Assembly: GCA_018260615.1 (NCBI GenBank) | Contig: JAGWDQ010000082.1 | Span: 1-48,401, forward strand | From: Candidatus Altarchaeum sp. | Lineage (GTDB): Archaea > Altiarchaeota > Altiarchaeia > Altiarchaeales > Altiarchaeaceae | DNA: 48,401 bases | Direction of reading: 5' to 3' | Shown: positions 46,790 to 48,401 of the stretch, in pieces | How positions within the stretch are numbered: position 1 is the stretch's first letter | Layout: the number at the start of each line of letters is the position of its first letter | The notes under the pieces: model-generated | Database searches by the model: none | Told to the model about the DNA's origin: nothing | The model's input: the letters and a program-made list of their open reading frames with translations, nothing else | Program-made: the position numbers and the translations under genes

Positions 46790-48323
46790 TTTTTCGTTTT
46801 AAAATTTTTTTAAATAAATTTGGAATTACATGGAAAATATATTTTTTTATTTTGTTTTTCATTAACCTAAAAATATTTGGTTGAGTATTTCTAAACAAAT
46901 TCTCATCCAGATGAACTATTTTTCCATGTTTCCCTATTTCGCCAGATTTAAGTCGTATTGGGTGGTTTTTCATGTTACTAAACCAAACATTTCTGCCTTT
47001 ACTGCTCATAATGTAGTCAACATCTTTATTATTTATTAAATTAAGAAATGGAATCAATATTTGTAATGCGAGCAAAGAAGTTTTGTCTTTTTTATTCTCC
47101 CTTACCCAGTAAGATTCATGTCCGTAACGGTGAAAATAAAAAGAATTAGGCATAACCACCATTTTAGAACCTGTTGCTAATTGACGAAAGCCAAATCCCC
47201 AAGCATCTAATGCTCCAGCAAACTCAGGATACCCTCCAGATCTAACCCAGCTTTCTTTAGTGAACATGTAGTTTCCACTTGCAACCGGTGTTATAGAACC
47301 TGATAAACAGTCAGCCCAGGTTATCGACCCTTCTCTAAATATCCATTTATGAGTTATTTTGCCTTTATTTTCCTTAAAATAATGAAGTTCCTGAAAAGCG
47401 GCGATATCTGCACCAGAATTAAGCATATATGCTTTAAGTTTATGAATGCTACCCGGAACCAAAAGGTTATCTGAATCCAGACAAAATAAAATAGAATTTT
47501 GAGCAGTTTCCACTGCCGTATTTCTCGCTGCAGCACCGCCTTTATTCCATTTATGATCAACAATTTTTATAAAAGAATATTTTATTCTCAAGTTGTCCAA
47601 AACATTTTTAGTATCATCTGTTGAACCATCATTTGTAACCACTATCTCATCACCTTCTCCAAAATTTCCATTGAATATAGATTCTACAGATTCTTCAATG
47701 GTTGTAGCACAATTATACGCCGGGATGAAAAAACTGACATTTAACTTCTTTTTCTCCACCCACCAAACGCCTTCGCCCTCTTCATGAATTTCCCAGTCAA
47801 ATCTTCTGAAGAATTCATCTATTGCTTGTTTAACACCGGGATGATTGGGGTGTGCATAATCATGACCTCCTATAACTCCACCAACCCGAACCTTAGGAAA
47901 CCAAGTGCATAGATCCTCCCAAACGCCCTTGTAAGAGTGGTCTGCATCAATATATATGAAATCGACTTTTGTAGATATATCATTTACAGCGTCTTTCGAC
48001 AATTTTCTTATGTGCTGATATCGGTCACCAAATGTGGTCAATCGTTCAAGAGTAAATGTATAAAGTTGATCAAATTCTTCTTGTGGTAGATTCATAGGAT
48101 CTTCATATCCATTCATATGCAAATAGGGATCTATACCATACAATTTATCTATAGTAGTTGTTTTTAACATTGTCTCTGAATGACCGCCAAATGCAACTCC
48201 AATTTCCACACCTATTTTTAATTTTTTTCTTTCAATGATCTTACTAAATAGACCGTAAGCGGGTCCCCATCCAGCATCTGCTTCAGACGCATGTTTTTTA
48301 ATTTTTTCTGTTAAAGAGTTCAT
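46761..48323 (-). CDS. Fusion: class I methyltransferase (Methyltransf_24-like) + GT2 glycosyltransferase
   Basis: N-half GVEIGVAFG, IYIDADHSY, GGVIGGHDY; C-half FFIPAYN, NDGSTD, ARNTAV, LDSDN. Confidence 0.85.
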   Translation of the reverse strand: MNSLTEKIKKHASEADAGWGPAYGLFSKIIERKKLKIGVEIGVAFGGHSETMLKTTTIDKLYGIDPYLHMNGYEDPMNLPQEEFDQLYTFTLERLTTFGDRYQHIRKLSKDAVNDISTKVDFIYIDADHSYKGVWEDLCTWFPKVRVGGVIGGHDYAHPNHPGVKQAIDEFFRRFDWEIHEEGEGVWWVEKKKLNVSFFIPAYNCATTIEESVESIFNGNFGEGDEIVVTNDGSTDDTKNVLDNLRIKYSFIKIVDHKWNKGGAAARNTAVETAQNSILFCLDSDNLLVPGSIHKLKAYMLNSGADIAAFQELHYFKENKGKITHKWIFREGSITWADCLSGSITPVASGNYMFTKESWVRSGGYPEFAGALDAWGFGFRQLATGSKMVVMPNSFYFHRYGHESYWVRENKKDKTSLLALQILIPFLNLINNKDVDYIMSSKGRNVWFSNMKNHPIRLKSGEIGKHGKIVHLDENLFRNTQPNIFRLMKNKIKKYIFHVIPNLFKKILKRKNETTPRLRT

Positions 48324-48329
48324 TTTAAT

Positions 48330-48401
48330 TCATTTAATTCTTGAATCAGTCCATTCCAAAATTTCGTTACCCGCAAACTTCAATAGATGCCAATATTTTT
48401 T
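48330..48401 (-). CDS. Probable 3' end of an upstream gene cut by the window edge
   Basis: Open frame KKYWHLLKFAGNEILEWTDSRIK* ending 6 bp before the next start; too short to assign. Confidence 0.35.
   Translation of the reverse strand, partial: KKYWHLLKFAGNEILEWTDSRIK

Noticed and set aside
131-47787. The many 60-140 aa ORFs antisense to or nested in long genes
   Set aside because: They overlap well-supported genes, lack motifs, and are repeated only where the sense gene is duplicated; treated as shadow ORFs.

Overview
AT-rich, probably archaeal DNA. The archaeal call is inferred from the archaeal-type AAA ATPases, SCP2-type thiolase with DUF35, DUF354 and MNT-HEPN; a lineage such as Ca. 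Altiarchaeota would fit but cannot be established from this window. The window is a large surface-glycan/polysaccharide biosynthesis locus in four parts. (1) 48-4400: a divergent pair, a 1073-aa LamG + Cys-repeat + GT-C-like membrane protein and a GT2. (2) 4444-16533: a heavily rearranged accessory tract. It has a 4x tandem array of a small putative antitoxin in front of one PIN toxin, then five alternating units of conflict-type cargo (PIN TA, AlbA_2/Schlafen-HATPase-HTH paralogues and their orphan fragments, archaeal AAA ATPases) and the same polysaccharide-deacetylase-like gene. All five deacetylase copies are broken and share a 141-bp core; a 759-bp direct repeat and hairpin-rich mini-insertions are also present. 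(3) 16475-43387: a long + strand glycan operon with a thiolase / double SDR / DUF35-3-hydroxyacyl-CoA dehydrogenase fusion / acyltransferase block, the amidotransferase-HisH-HisF acetamidino trio, DUF354, an inserted MNT-HEPN pair, PIG-L, WbqC, AsnB, deacetylase, ATP-grasp, PHP, methyltransferase, GT4s, WecB, a LegB-like dehydratase and a nucleotidyltransferase. (4) 43428-48401: a convergent - strand operon with GT2, GT11 and three methyltransferases, one frameshifted at an A9 tract and one fused to a GT2. No rRNA, tRNA, CRISPR array, transposase or integrase was recognised. All family calls are from motif recognition by eye, not database searches. The main candidates for an undescribed system are the deacetylase-anchored cassette array and the DUF35-scaffolded 3-hydroxybutyryl-CoA module inside a glycan operon.
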